Of a stretch of 64,000 nt of DNA, positions 9,300 through 18,623 are shown piece by piece. Under the pieces are notes generated by a model. The model was not told where the DNA came from. It made no database searches and saw nothing but the letters and a program-made list of their open reading frames with translations. A program made the translations under genes and the position numbers. The DNA comes from Cyanobacteria bacterium auto_48_18 (GTDB lineage Bacteria; Cyanobacteriota; Vampirovibrionia; Obscuribacterales; Obscuribacteraceae), in contig JAVHQC010000035.1 of the NCBI GenBank assembly GCA_036170915.1, positions 146,971 through 210,970 on the forward strand. Reading direction: 5' to 3'. Positions within the stretch are counted from its first letter, which is position 1; each line of letters starts with the position of its first letter.

Positions 9300-10442
9300 T
9301 TGAATCTCTACGAATACGAAGCCAAGCGAATCTTTGCCGAAGGCGGCATTCCGGTTCCGCCAGCCCAGCGCATCACCAAGCCGGAAGAGCTGGCCAAAAT
9401 CCATTTCGGTTATCCCCTCACTTTAAAGTGTCAGGTCTTGACAGGTGGGCGCGGAAAAGCAGGCGGCATCAAATTCCCTAAAGATTTGAAAGAAGGTATG
9501 GCCCTTGCCAAGGACATGCTCAAGCTTGCTATTAAAGATTCAAAAACAGAGAGTCTTCTGGTTGAGCCACGCATGAATATTGCCCGGGAGCTCTATCTGG
9601 CTGTAACCCTTGATCGTGACCGCGGTTGTCCAATTTTCATCGCTTCAGCTGAAGGCGGCATTGAAATCGAATCATCCGCTAATGTTTTGACTGAGCCAAT
9701 TCCTCATGTCTATCAGCCTTACATCGGCCGCAACCTGGCCGCAAAACTTGGCCTTAAAGGCAGCGAGTTAAATAAAGTTGCTGACATCGCCAACAAGCTC
9801 TACAAAATTTTCGAATCAAAAGACCTTGACCTGGCCGAAATAAATCCGCTGGTAATTAGCGAAGGTGGAGATGTAGTCGCCCTCGACGGCAAGATCATCA
9901 TCAATGACGATTCGGTTAATCGTCAGCCGCAATTCCGTGGTTGGGAAGAAGCACACTTGTGCGACCTTTCACCTAGAGAGCGTGAAGCGAAAATGACCGG
10001 CCTCAATTTGGTTGAATTGGACGGCAATATCGGCATACTCTGCAATGGTGCCGGATTGACCATGGCTACCATGGACATGGTCAAAGCCTTCGGTGGACAA
10101 CCAGGCAACTTCCTTGACGCCGGCGGCGGATCAGACCAGAAGAAAACTCTGGCTGCTCTGGAACTGGTAAACGACAATCCTAACGTCGACGTTATTCTGC
10201 TCAACATCTTAGGTGGCATCACCGCTTGTGATGAAGTAGCCGGAGCCCTAGTCGAATTCATGAAAAAGTATCCTGAGCGCGCCATGGTAGTTAGACTACG
10301 CGGCAACAATCAAGATATTGCCGAAAAAATGTTGGCCGCGTCCGGCCTCAAACTTTATCCCGATTTGGAAGAAGCTGTTAAAGAAGCGGTCAGTCGCTCT
10401 AAGAATTCTGCCAAAAAACCAGTTGCCGCCGGCAAAGCCTAA
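9300..10442 (+). CDS. sucC: Succinate--CoA ligase (ADP-forming) beta subunit
   Basis: MNLYEYEAKRIF N-terminus and ATP-grasp architecture. TTG start with a good SD. Confidence 0.93.
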   Translation: MNLYEYEAKRIFAEGGIPVPPAQRITKPEELAKIHFGYPLTLKCQVLTGGRGKAGGIKFPKDLKEGMALAKDMLKLAIKDSKTESLLVEPRMNIARELYLAVTLDRDRGCPIFIASAEGGIEIESSANVLTEPIPHVYQPYIGRNLAAKLGLKGSELNKVADIANKLYKIFESKDLDLAEINPLVISEGGDVVALDGKIIINDDSVNRQPQFRGWEEAHLCDLSPREREAKMTGLNLVELDGNIGILCNGAGLTMATMDMVKAFGGQPGNFLDAGGGSDQKKTLAALELVNDNPNVDVILLNILGGITACDEVAGALVEFMKKYPERAMVVRLRGNNQDIAEKMLAASGLKLYPDLEEAVKEAVSRSKNSAKKPVAAGKA

Positions 10443-10454
10443 AAGGAGATTGAC

Positions 10455-11336
10455 GTGATACTTGTCGATAAACATACAAAAGTAATTGTCCAGGGCATAA
10501 CTGGAAAAATGGGTGCTGCCCACACAAAACGCATGATCGAATATGGCACTAATATCGTTGGTGGTGTCACACCCGGAAAGGGTGGCGAGAAAATGCATGA
10601 CGTGCCTGTATTCGATACAGTCAAACAAGCTGTAGAGAAAACAGAAGCCACTTGCTCTGTAATTTTTGTGCCACCATACCTGGCTCTCGATGCCGGATGC
10701 GAAGCCCTCGACGCCGGCATTACACTGCTGGTATTGATTACAGAAGGCATTCCACCACTCGACACCGCTAAGTTGGTTGCTCAAGTCAAAGCCAAAGGAG
10801 CCAAACTAATTGGTCCAAATTGCCCTGGTATCATTACACCAGGTCAATCACTTATTGGTATTCTCCCTGGTTCGATTTTCAAATCAGGACCGGTAGGCAT
10901 GGTGAGCAAAAGCGGCACCCTGACCTATGAAATTGCCCTAGCTCTGACTGAAAGTGGCCTAGGTCAATCGACATGCATCGGCACCGGCGGCGACCCCATC
11001 AAGGGGCTCGACTACCAGGAGCTGCTTTCCATGTTCGAACATGACCCTGCCACAGAAGTGATCGTAATGATTGGTGAAATTGGCGGCAGCGCTGAAGAAG
11101 AAGCGGCAGCCTACATCAAGAAAAACATCAAAAAGCCTGTGATTGGTTTCATCGCCGGTCAAACAGCACCTCCCGGAAAACGCATGGGTCATGCTGGTGC
11201 CATTATTTCTGGTGGCAAAGGTACAGCCGAATCGAAACTGGAAGCCTTCAAAGCTAACGGCGTAAGAGTAGCAATGACGCCATCTGAAGTGGCCAAGCAA
11301 GTAGCAGAAGCGCTGAAGCAACCAGCTAAAGCCTGA
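10455..11336 (+). CDS. sucD: Succinate--CoA ligase alpha subunit
   Basis: [16 protein letters not shown] and the phosphohistidine loop [11 protein letters not shown] start 12 nt after sucC. Confidence 0.93.
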   Translation: MILVDKHTKVIVQGITGKMGAAHTKRMIEYGTNIVGGVTPGKGGEKMHDVPVFDTVKQAVEKTEATCSVIFVPPYLALDAGCEALDAGITLLVLITEGIPPLDTAKLVAQVKAKGAKLIGPNCPGIITPGQSLIGILPGSIFKSGPVGMVSKSGTLTYEIALALTESGLGQSTCIGTGGDPIKGLDYQELLSMFEHDPATEVIVMIGEIGGSAEEEAAAYIKKNIKKPVIGFIAGQTAPPGKRMGHAGAIISGGKGTAESKLEAFKANGVRVAMTPSEVAKQVAEALKQPAKA

Positions 11337-11360
11337 CCTGTAACGGAACAATCAAGAGAG

Positions 11361-11392
11361 AAAAAGCCGGTCGGCATGACCGGCTTTTCTTT
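11361..11392. terminator. Bidirectional intrinsic terminator between convergent sucD and the monooxygenase gene
   Basis: Perfect 11-bp stem aaaagccggtc / gaccggctttt (11362-11372 and 11378-11388) with a 5-nt loop. It is flanked by an A-tract and a T-tract. Confidence 0.8.
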
Positions 11393-11411
11393 GCCAATTA
11401 CATATGGTAAA

Positions 11412-13232
11412 TCAGCGTTTCAAAATTTCACTGAGATAATTTTCCAGATCAGCGGCCACCGCCGGCTGCGAGCGGAATCCAATATAACCATCTGGTCGCA
11501 CCAGATAGAGGCACTCGGAAGTGGCACCATAGGCGCGATGCAGCTCTTTTGTTGAATCAAATAATACTGAAGTATATTTATTGAAAGTAGTGTAATTAGC
11601 TTGATATTCAGGAGCATTTTGAGTGTACGGAACAATCACATGCACGTCGACTAAACCAAAAAACTTTCCCTGCATCATTTTCTCAATTGCTAAAAATTGT
11701 TCGTAACCCTTGATACTCGCTTCAAATCCGTCAAAAAGCAGCAACTGAAAATTAGGAGAAGCCATTTGCAGTGCCAACCTGGTCTCTCCGTGCCTGGTCT
11801 GGCACTCTCTGTCCACTACACGATCACCGGCCATGGGTGCTCTGGCAAAGTCAATCCAGGAAAGCATAGTAGGAGTTTCGCCGGAAGTGGCAGGATCACT
11901 AGCAGCACCAGATCTGCTATTTAAATTGAGATGTAAGTTGTGTTCCAGAAGGTCTCCCAAACTGGCATGCGACTCACTTGAAATAGGGCTCTTACGATAG
12001 CTGATGCCGGTCAGGCTGCCAGCTTTTAAAATGCGCTGCTGCACAATCTCTTGTGATGCTAAAAACCCCATAAGCGTATTGCGTACACCTTTAGCCACAG
12101 GGCTTCTTAAGGTCACGGCCTTAGTGGCAAAATCTGTTCCTTCTAAAACAGCCTGGCCAACAGCGTGACGTTCAAGGTTATAACTATCAAGAAGAAAATC
12201 ACCCGCCTGCCCTTTAACTACAAGAGCCAATTTCCACGATAAATTTGCGGCATCCTGCATGCCTGTATTCATGCCCACACCACCTACAGGGCTATGAATA
12301 TGGGCTGAATCGCCAGCGAGAAAAACGCGACCTTTGCGATACGAAGTAACACAGCGGCGGTTGATTTTAAACCAGGCCATCCATCTTGGATCTGAAATGG
12401 TAAAGCTGGTGCCGTCGCTGCCTTGTGGAGCACGCCTTTTAACCAGAGCCAAGACTTCTTCAAATATAAGCGGCCGTCGCTCTTCATTCTCGCCCAGCGG
12501 AGGCATGTCAAAAATTAGCCTGTAGCGACTGTTGCCAAAGGGAAAGCAGGCCAGAAGACCATCTTCAGATAAATAGACGTAACCCTCATCTTCAGCCATT
12601 TTCAAAGTGCCCGGGTTTAACTCTACATCGGCAGCGCCAAAACTCTCGTCATAAGAGACACCTGTAAAACGTAAATCGAGCCCATGCCGAACGGCACTGT
12701 GAGCACCGTCGCAGCCAACCAGATATTTCGCTTTGATTATCTCAGTTTTGATGCTGCCATCATCGGCAGTGCTAGCGATGGAGGCTGAAACAACTTCTGA
12801 CTCTTCCACAAACGATATCAGCTCTTTGCTGCGCTCGATGGTCGCACCAGCTTTGGTCAGGTGCTCAGCAAGTATATGTTCAGTTTTATCTTGAGGAATA
12901 GTAAGAGCAAATTTGAAGTATGAATCGATTTCATCAAGACTCAAATGCACAATGCGCTTGTCATCAGCAAAAATATTACTGCCGCGCAAGGCCAGACCAG
13001 CTTTGAGAAAAGGATCAACCATTTTGAGATTTTCGAACATTTCTAGATTGCGCGCATGCACCACAATCGCTTTAGAAATAGTAGTTGCGGTTGCAGCTTT
13101 GTCGATGATGCGGAATGAAACTTTGCGACGCAGTAAATCATTGGCTAAGGTCAGACCGGTAGGGCCAGCACCAACGATTAATATGTCCACAGCCTGAGCG
13201 TCTTCAGAAAAATTCGTCTCGTTGGTGGCCAT
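11412..13232 (-). CDS. FAD-dependent aromatic-ring monooxygenase (PheA/TfdB-like, with a C-terminal thioredoxin-like domain)
   Basis: GxGxxG motif ILIVGAGPTGLTLAN. The DSAHIHSPVGGVGMNTGMQDAANLSWKL motif is typical of class A flavoprotein hydroxylases. 606 aa. Confidence 0.85.
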   Translation of the reverse strand: MATNETNFSEDAQAVDILIVGAGPTGLTLANDLLRRKVSFRIIDKAATATTISKAIVVHARNLEMFENLKMVDPFLKAGLALRGSNIFADDKRIVHLSLDEIDSYFKFALTIPQDKTEHILAEHLTKAGATIERSKELISFVEESEVVSASIASTADDGSIKTEIIKAKYLVGCDGAHSAVRHGLDLRFTGVSYDESFGAADVELNPGTLKMAEDEGYVYLSEDGLLACFPFGNSRYRLIFDMPPLGENEERRPLIFEEVLALVKRRAPQGSDGTSFTISDPRWMAWFKINRRCVTSYRKGRVFLAGDSAHIHSPVGGVGMNTGMQDAANLSWKLALVVKGQAGDFLLDSYNLERHAVGQAVLEGTDFATKAVTLRSPVAKGVRNTLMGFLASQEIVQQRILKAGSLTGISYRKSPISSESHASLGDLLEHNLHLNLNSRSGAASDPATSGETPTMLSWIDFARAPMAGDRVVDRECQTRHGETRLALQMASPNFQLLLFDGFEASIKGYEQFLAIEKMMQGKFFGLVDVHVIVPYTQNAPEYQANYTTFNKYTSVLFDSTKELHRAYGATSECLYLVRPDGYIGFRSQPAVAADLENYLSEILKR

Positions 13233-13308
13233 AATTACCTCTTTGTGCGCGCTAATTTTACAACAGTCTGATTCGAGATTTGGGGACCATCATGTGGTGA
13301 CTGCCACC

Positions 13309-13337
13309 TTGTCAGCTTGGTGCAGTTAGCTTAGGAT
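13309..13337 (+). promoter_or_regulatory. Candidate promoter of the patatin-like gene (TTGTCA-17 nt-TAGGAT)
   Basis: Hexamers and spacing read from the sequence. No experimental support. Confidence 0.3.
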
Positions 13338-13364
13338 AGTCATAGCAACAGGATTCAAACTTCT

Positions 13365-14294
13365 ATGGCAGCCGACAATTCAACTGAGAAAACTCGCCCC
13401 ATGCGAGCCCTGGTTTTGCCAGGTGGCGGCGGCAGGGGTGCTTATCAGGTTGGTGTCACCAAAGCTTTTAAAGAAGCAGGCATCGAATTTGACATTGCTT
13501 TTGGTACAAGCATTGGTGGCATCAATGCCAGCCTCTATGCTCAAGGCAATCAAACCAGACTAGAAGAACTCTGGTGTTCCATTCGCAGTCGCGACATTTT
13601 CGGTCTGCCTTCAGCTCATCAAATCGGCCGCCTGGTGCTGGGTCACAAACTGGGCTTGCTCGACACTACTCCGCTGGAAGAGCTTTTGCGCCGTGAGGTC
13701 AACTTGCAAAAACTCAAAGCCAGCAAAACTAAAGTGGGCTGGTGCACAACTGATCTTTGTAGCCTGGAAACGCGACTGATAACAATTGACGACATTATGT
13801 CCACCAACGAGTTGATTGATGTACTGATGGCCACTTCTGCTCTTCCCATGGCTTTCCCGCCGCGGCACATCCACGGTCAGGGCCTGTGGATAGATGGGGG
13901 CCTAGTGCGTAATACACCCATGGAGACCGCCATACACCTGGGAGCTGACGAAGTGTACATGGTGCTTTTGCATCCCGAGCGCATTAACGTTTGTCCGGTG
14001 AACATGTTCGAAGTTTTAGTGCGTTGTCTTGATATTGTGCTCGACGCTTCCGCACGCAAAGAGGTGCAGTCGGCAGAGTTGTATAACCGCTTGATTGATG
14101 CCGGTTCAGTAGAATCGCGGGGCCGTAAAAAAGTCAAAATTCGAGTCTTTCAACCCAAGCATGGTGTCAATGTTACCCTGCTGGAAATTGATCCAGAACG
14201 ATCAAGGCGCTTAATTCGGCAGGGCTATGATGACGCTAACGAGCAGCTGGCGCAAATTTTTAGAGAAGAAGCGGAAATATCAGCTCAAGTTTGA
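13365..14294 (+). CDS. Patatin-like phospholipase
   Basis: Oxyanion hole GGGGRGAYQ, nucleophile elbow GTSIGG and catalytic Asp in IDGGLV. Confidence 0.88.
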   Translation: MAADNSTEKTRPMRALVLPGGGGRGAYQVGVTKAFKEAGIEFDIAFGTSIGGINASLYAQGNQTRLEELWCSIRSRDIFGLPSAHQIGRLVLGHKLGLLDTTPLEELLRREVNLQKLKASKTKVGWCTTDLCSLETRLITIDDIMSTNELIDVLMATSALPMAFPPRHIHGQGLWIDGGLVRNTPMETAIHLGADEVYMVLLHPERINVCPVNMFEVLVRCLDIVLDASARKEVQSAELYNRLIDAGSVESRGRKKVKIRVFQPKHGVNVTLLEIDPERSRRLIRQGYDDANEQLAQIFREEAEISAQV

Positions 14295-14305
14295 ATAGCT
14301 TAGAC

Positions 14306-14791
14306 TCAATATTGAAAACCGTCTTTACGCAAGTGAGTCATGGGCTCATCGGCACCATTAAGCAATTCGCCATCGGTAATTTCACCCACCACAAGAATGT
14401 GATCACCAGCCTCGGTTTGCGACTTAACCACCAGACTCATATAAGAAACAGCTTCGGCAAAAACCGGTCCGGAGCTAACGTCCTTCAATTTTAGTCCATC
14501 AAATTTTTCGGCGTTGTGTGGCTTGGCGAAAGCTTTGAAGATATCCATATTGCGCTTGCTCAGTACGTTGACTGAAAATTTGCTGCCAACCGATAGAGCT
14601 TGAAGAATATCGCGTTTCTTGTTCACTGATACCACAAGAGATGGCGGCTCAAAACCTGCCTGAGTAATCCAGGTGGCCATCATTCCGTCTTTGACGCCAT
14701 CTTCACCGTGCACTGTAATGATGTAGACACCACTGGCCAAGCGACCAATTGCTGGACCTACTCTTTCTTTCAATAAAGCTGCAGAATTCAT
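14306..14791 (-). CDS. Flavin reductase family protein (FMN-binding split barrel)
   Basis: 161 aa. The pattern SGVYIITV...DGMMATWITQ is typical of flavin reductase-like domains. Confidence 0.7.
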   Translation of the reverse strand: MNSAALLKERVGPAIGRLASGVYIITVHGEDGVKDGMMATWITQAGFEPPSLVVSVNKKRDILQALSVGSKFSVNVLSKRNMDIFKAFAKPHNAEKFDGLKLKDVSSGPVFAEAVSYMSLVVKSQTEAGDHILVVGEITDGELLNGADEPMTHLRKDGFQY

Positions 14792-14805
14792 GGGAACCTC
14801 GTGAG

Positions 14806-16224
14806 TTAAAGTTTACGTCCAATTTTTGCCAGAGGCTGTGCCGCGGGCAGTGTTGAAGTGATGGTGCCTTTCAATTTAGTTGGTGGTTTACGCTTTGACT
14901 TGTAAGCAAAAAACTGCATGATTACTTCAGCCAGTTTGGCCGGATCGTGGTGTGTAGGCGCGTCTTCGCTAACCAGCATTTTTCGAAATGGAGTTACACC
15001 AAGATCTTTCAATCGCTCAGAATCAAAGCGTACCGGTTTAGAACCTGAGGGAAGATCAGGCACCACTCGTCCATATTCATTAACGAGAACCCCTTGCATC
15101 AGTCGATTAGAAGCGATAATTGGAGTCTTCGAGTGGCTGAGAATGGCTTCCACATGGTCACCGACCGAATAATCGGTAGTTTCACCTGGCTGTGTCATCA
15201 CATTGCAGACATAGATTTTTTTTGCAAAAGATTGACGCACCGCATCAGCAATTCCAGGAACAATAAAGTTTGGAATTACAGATGTATACAAACTGCCTGG
15301 CCCAAGCACTATCAGTTCGGCATCAAGAATTGCGGCCACAGCCTCAGCAGTGGCTACTGGCTCTGCCGGTTCGGCAAATAGACGCTTAATGCGCCTGCCT
15401 TCACCCTCAGCGGCAATATGAGATTCGCCGCGTACGATTGATCCATCTTCAAATTCAGCTATCAGATTGAGGCCGTCTAAAGTTGCGGGCAAAACCTGGC
15501 CGCAGCTATTAAGCACGCGGCTGGCGGTGCGAACTGCTGCTATCATGTCACCATCGGTGATGGCGTAAACTGCGGTCAAAAATAAATTACCAAAGCTGTG
15601 ACCTTCAAGGCCCTCGCCAGATTGAAAACGATACTTAAACAGATCAGTGACCAGCTTATCTTCGTCAGCCAGAGCAGTAATGCAGTTGCGAATATCACCG
15701 GGAGGCAGCACGCCCAGCTCTTGCCGTAGACGCCCTGAGCTGCCGCCGTCATCACCTACAGTAACAATGGCAGTGATATTGTAGGTATGTTTTTTCAAAC
15801 CACGCAATAAATTAGAGAGGCCGGTGCCACCACCTATGACTACTACTTTAGGGCCGCGGCCGAATTTGCGAGCACGATAAAGCATGTCAGGTATAGATTC
15901 GCGCTCGGGCAAATATGTGCCGAGAACCTGTTGCATAGCTCGTACAATCAGCACGGCCATGGCTAAGAAACCAACAGCGATAAAAAGAATGCCATTCAAC
16001 TGAATTGGTATGGCTTCTTTTACGTCTTGTATAACTTCTCGTAAACCATTGATGCCGCGAGAACCATACTTGAGGACGCGGTCAAGCGGGTGAATATTAT
16101 TACAGAGCAATACACCATAGACTATAAAGAACAAAGCAATGATGACACCGCCGAGATAACGTTTTAACCCCGGCAACATCCAGCTGCCAAAAAGGTAATC
16201 TAGTGATTTCTTCGGCTTCTTCAA
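14806..16224 (-). CDS. yvcK: YvcK/CofD-like gluconeogenesis-factor family protein with an N-terminal 2-TM extension
   Basis: The core starts at KVVVIGGGTGLSNLLRGLK. About 125 aa precede it, with two hydrophobic helices (GGVIIALFFIVYGVLLC and LNGILFIAVGFLAMAVLIV). Confidence 0.85.
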   Translation of the reverse strand: MKKPKKSLDYLFGSWMLPGLKRYLGGVIIALFFIVYGVLLCNNIHPLDRVLKYGSRGINGLREVIQDVKEAIPIQLNGILFIAVGFLAMAVLIVRAMQQVLGTYLPERESIPDMLYRARKFGRGPKVVVIGGGTGLSNLLRGLKKHTYNITAIVTVGDDGGSSGRLRQELGVLPPGDIRNCITALADEDKLVTDLFKYRFQSGEGLEGHSFGNLFLTAVYAITDGDMIAAVRTASRVLNSCGQVLPATLDGLNLIAEFEDGSIVRGESHIAAEGEGRRIKRLFAEPAEPVATAEAVAAILDAELIVLGPGSLYTSVIPNFIVPGIADAVRQSFAKKIYVCNVMTQPGETTDYSVGDHVEAILSHSKTPIIASNRLMQGVLVNEYGRVVPDLPSGSKPVRFDSERLKDLGVTPFRKMLVSEDAPTHHDPAKLAEVIMQFFAYKSKRKPPTKLKGTITSTLPAAQPLAKIGRKL

Positions 16225-16228
16225 GCAA

Positions 16229-16696
16229 TCAGACCCCTTCTTGAAGGGCTAATTTCTCTTGATCTGGCTCTGCGTGCTGATTTTGGTCTAGACCTCTATC
16301 AAGCTCGCGATGTGACAGTGATATTTGATAATGGGGATAGCTCGATTGCAGTTTCTGGGCAAGTTCTTCGGCTACTGCCACCGAGCGGTGCTGACCGCCT
16401 GTGCAGCCAAGAGCAATCGTAAAATTATCAGTTTTAGTATCAAACATTGCCGGCATCACCTGCGATACCAGAGTGAAAAGATGACCCATGAATTCTTGAG
16501 CAGAAATCTGCTCCATCACATATTTTTGCACGGGGGCGTCTCGCCCAGTGAGAGGCCGCAGCTCTTCCACCCAGAACGGATTTTTCAGAAAACGCACATC
16601 TAGAACAACGTTTGCCTGGGGCGGATTGCCATTTTTAAAACCAAATGAAACTACACTAACTCGATTGTCCGGCATTTTATTATGACTACTGCTCAT
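16229..16696 (-). CDS. RapZ (YvcJ) C-terminal domain-only protein
   Basis: 155 aa. It matches only the RapZ C-terminal half (FGFKNG...DVRFLKNPFW...GCTGGQHRSVAVAEEL). There is no Walker A domain, and only 18 nt separate it from def. Confidence 0.8.
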   Translation of the reverse strand: MSSSHNKMPDNRVSVVSFGFKNGNPPQANVVLDVRFLKNPFWVEELRPLTGRDAPVQKYVMEQISAQEFMGHLFTLVSQVMPAMFDTKTDNFTIALGCTGGQHRSVAVAEELAQKLQSSYPHYQISLSHRELDRGLDQNQHAEPDQEKLALQEGV

Positions 16697-16714
16697 TTTC
16701 TCAAGTCGGTATTT

Positions 16715-17380
16715 TTAGAATGCAACTGGCTCCGTGGCTGGTTGCTGCACTGAGGTGGTTTTTGGTTGTTCTTGTTTCTCTGGTTGTTCTTGTTTTTCTG
16801 CTTGTTCTTGTTTTTCTGCTTGTTCTTCTTTCCACTCGGCTTCCAGTTCTTCTACATTACCTTCACGGAAACCGTGTTTGGTCATCTCCAGATCAGCCTT
16901 AATTGTAGAAACTGCTTTGTCGATGAAAAGCTCACCGTCAAGGTGGTCGATTTCATGCTGAATTGCGCGTGAAAGCAAATTGCCGTCTGCGGTAAGCTTA
17001 AGCGTTTGACCTTTCAAATTTTGGAATTTAACTACTACTTTTGAGGCTCTTTTAACTTCAAAGAAAACATCCGGGAAGCTGAGACAACCTTCCTGACCTG
17101 TCATCTCACCATCGCGTTCGATAATTTCGGGGTTGATGAAAACAATAGGACGCGGAGTTTCATCTTCACCGCTGACATCGATCACCATCAAACGTTTTGA
17201 GACGCCGACTTGAGGAGCAGCTAGACCGACACCGTCATTCTCATACATAGTATCGAGCATATCTTGCGCAAGTTTTCGCACCGAAGAGTCAAAAATGCTA
17301 ATTTTCTTGGCTTTAGCCTTTAAAACCGAATCAGGGTAGTATCTAACCTTGAGTAATGACATGATTGCCGCCTCTTTCAA
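16715..17380 (-). CDS. def: Peptide deformylase with a repeat-containing acidic C-terminal tail
   Basis: Motifs GVGLAAPQVG, EGCLSFP and QHEIDHLDG. The tail is EEQAEKQEQAEKQEQPEKQEQPK. Confidence 0.92.
   Translation of the reverse strand: MKEAAIMSLLKVRYYPDSVLKAKAKKISIFDSSVRKLAQDMLDTMYENDGVGLAAPQVGVSKRLMVIDVSGEDETPRPIVFINPEIIERDGEMTGQEGCLSFPDVFFEVKRASKVVVKFQNLKGQTLKLTADGNLLSRAIQHEIDHLDGELFIDKAVSTIKADLEMTKHGFREGNVEELEAEWKEEQAEKQEQAEKQEQPEKQEQPKTTSVQQPATEPVAF
16764..16835 (-). repeat. 18-nt in-frame tandem repeat x4 encoding the (EKQEQ[AP]) tail of Def
   Basis: Plus-strand units are ggttgttcttgtttctct, ggttgttcttgtttttct, gcttgttcttgtttttct and gcttgttcttctttccac. Confidence 0.9.
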
Positions 17381-17537
17381 AAACCGGCCTACGCGCCGTG
17401 TTTCTAATATGTATCCTTCAACTGCGCCTAGCTTGCTAATAGAGAAATTTTTAAGCTCTAAAGTTTCTCACCCCCCATTCCACGGGGTTCTTAGCCGATA
17501 TTATCACACCAAAGCCAAGATTTTATAGACTATTTTG

Positions 17538-18623
17538 ATGCCTCTATCTCTACTCTACACATATCTTTCTAAAATCGCTGCCCAGGGCAAGTCGGGAATA
17601 CCCGCATTTCTCACGCTGGCAATGGTTTCCAGTATCGTGCCGGCAGCCGCTCAAGATTGGGGTTACGATGCTCCGCCTCAAACCGGAACTTCCGCTCCGA
17701 CAAGTAAATCTGCAGCAAAAGCCGCCGCCAGTACCTTAAAAACTCCGTCGAAGCCACTGGTTGCCCCCGCTGCAAAAAGCACGCAAAAAGCAGGCATGCA
17801 AGCGACAGCCGTACAACCGGCAGGCATGCAACCGGCAGTGATCCAATCAGCAGCTCCCGCCCAGGAACAAGTGGACGATAAGCGTTCCTGGCTGGAAATA
17901 TTTGCCTTGTGCGCATCCAGCAACATTGATGACGATCGCACCGAGACTCTTGGTCTGGCCACTCTTTCAGGCGAACAAAAAGATAGCCTCGGCAAGATGA
18001 TTGATCAGAAGCTGGCCGCCAATGCCTCTGTGTATGCCGGTATTGCTCCTTTCTGGCGTCAGACCAGGGTGAAAGTGATTCGTGAAATCGACAGCAAAGA
18101 AAGCTATCGCTTATTGTTTCGTGCTCTTATTCGTCACGCGCTCAGCGCTAAAAATTCACCACTGGCGAAAAATCAGAATGAAGCCGACCTTTTGCAAAGC
18201 TTGCTGGGAGCCGCTCGTATTGCCGACCCCGGGCCACCACCGCTCACTGAAGATGCAGTTAATGCTTACGCAGACATGACGGTTTTTCTTTTCAGCAAGC
18301 GTAAACCAGACCGCTCTGTTGATGGAGATGAAAATCGCAAAGTTTTTGCCGATGTAATCAAAGATCGCTTTGTGCGCGCCCCTAACCCCGCAGCCAAAGC
18401 GGCGATGACCAATTTTGATTTAACCTGGGCTTGTTTTCGCTGTCGATTTCTAGATGTTGACGCCGAGCAAAAAGAAAAGCTCAGTGCTCTTATGGCCTCT
18501 GGTGACAGCAAAAGTAGCGCCATGCTGAAACAAGAGCTAGTCAGCCCTGCCATGACAAAATTATTTGCTATGGGCCCGTGGGGCGAAAAATCAGTTAAAA
18601 GTGCAAGCGCACAGAGTCAGTAG
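17538..18623 (+). CDS. Hypothetical secreted protein with an Ala/Pro/Gln-rich N-terminal region
   Basis: Signal-like N-terminus (...AFLTLAMVSSIVPAAAQD) and a low-complexity AKSAAKAAAS/AGMQ repeat region. I recognise no family motif. The ORF track starts at TTG 17535, with ATG at 17538. Confidence 0.6.
   Translation: MPLSLLYTYLSKIAAQGKSGIPAFLTLAMVSSIVPAAAQDWGYDAPPQTGTSAPTSKSAAKAAASTLKTPSKPLVAPAAKSTQKAGMQATAVQPAGMQPAVIQSAAPAQEQVDDKRSWLEIFALCASSNIDDDRTETLGLATLSGEQKDSLGKMIDQKLAANASVYAGIAPFWRQTRVKVIREIDSKESYRLLFRALIRHALSAKNSPLAKNQNEADLLQSLLGAARIADPGPPPLTEDAVNAYADMTVFLFSKRKPDRSVDGDENRKVFADVIKDRFVRAPNPAAKAAMTNFDLTWACFRCRFLDVDAEQKEKLSALMASGDSKSSAMLKQELVSPAMTKLFAMGPWGEKSVKSASAQSQ

Noticed and set aside
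13365-14294. Patatin-like phospholipase as a possible CBASS/defence effector
   Set aside because: No cyclase, E1/E2, sensor or other defence gene is adjacent. It is flanked by a monooxygenase and a flavin reductase, so it looks like a stand-alone lipase.
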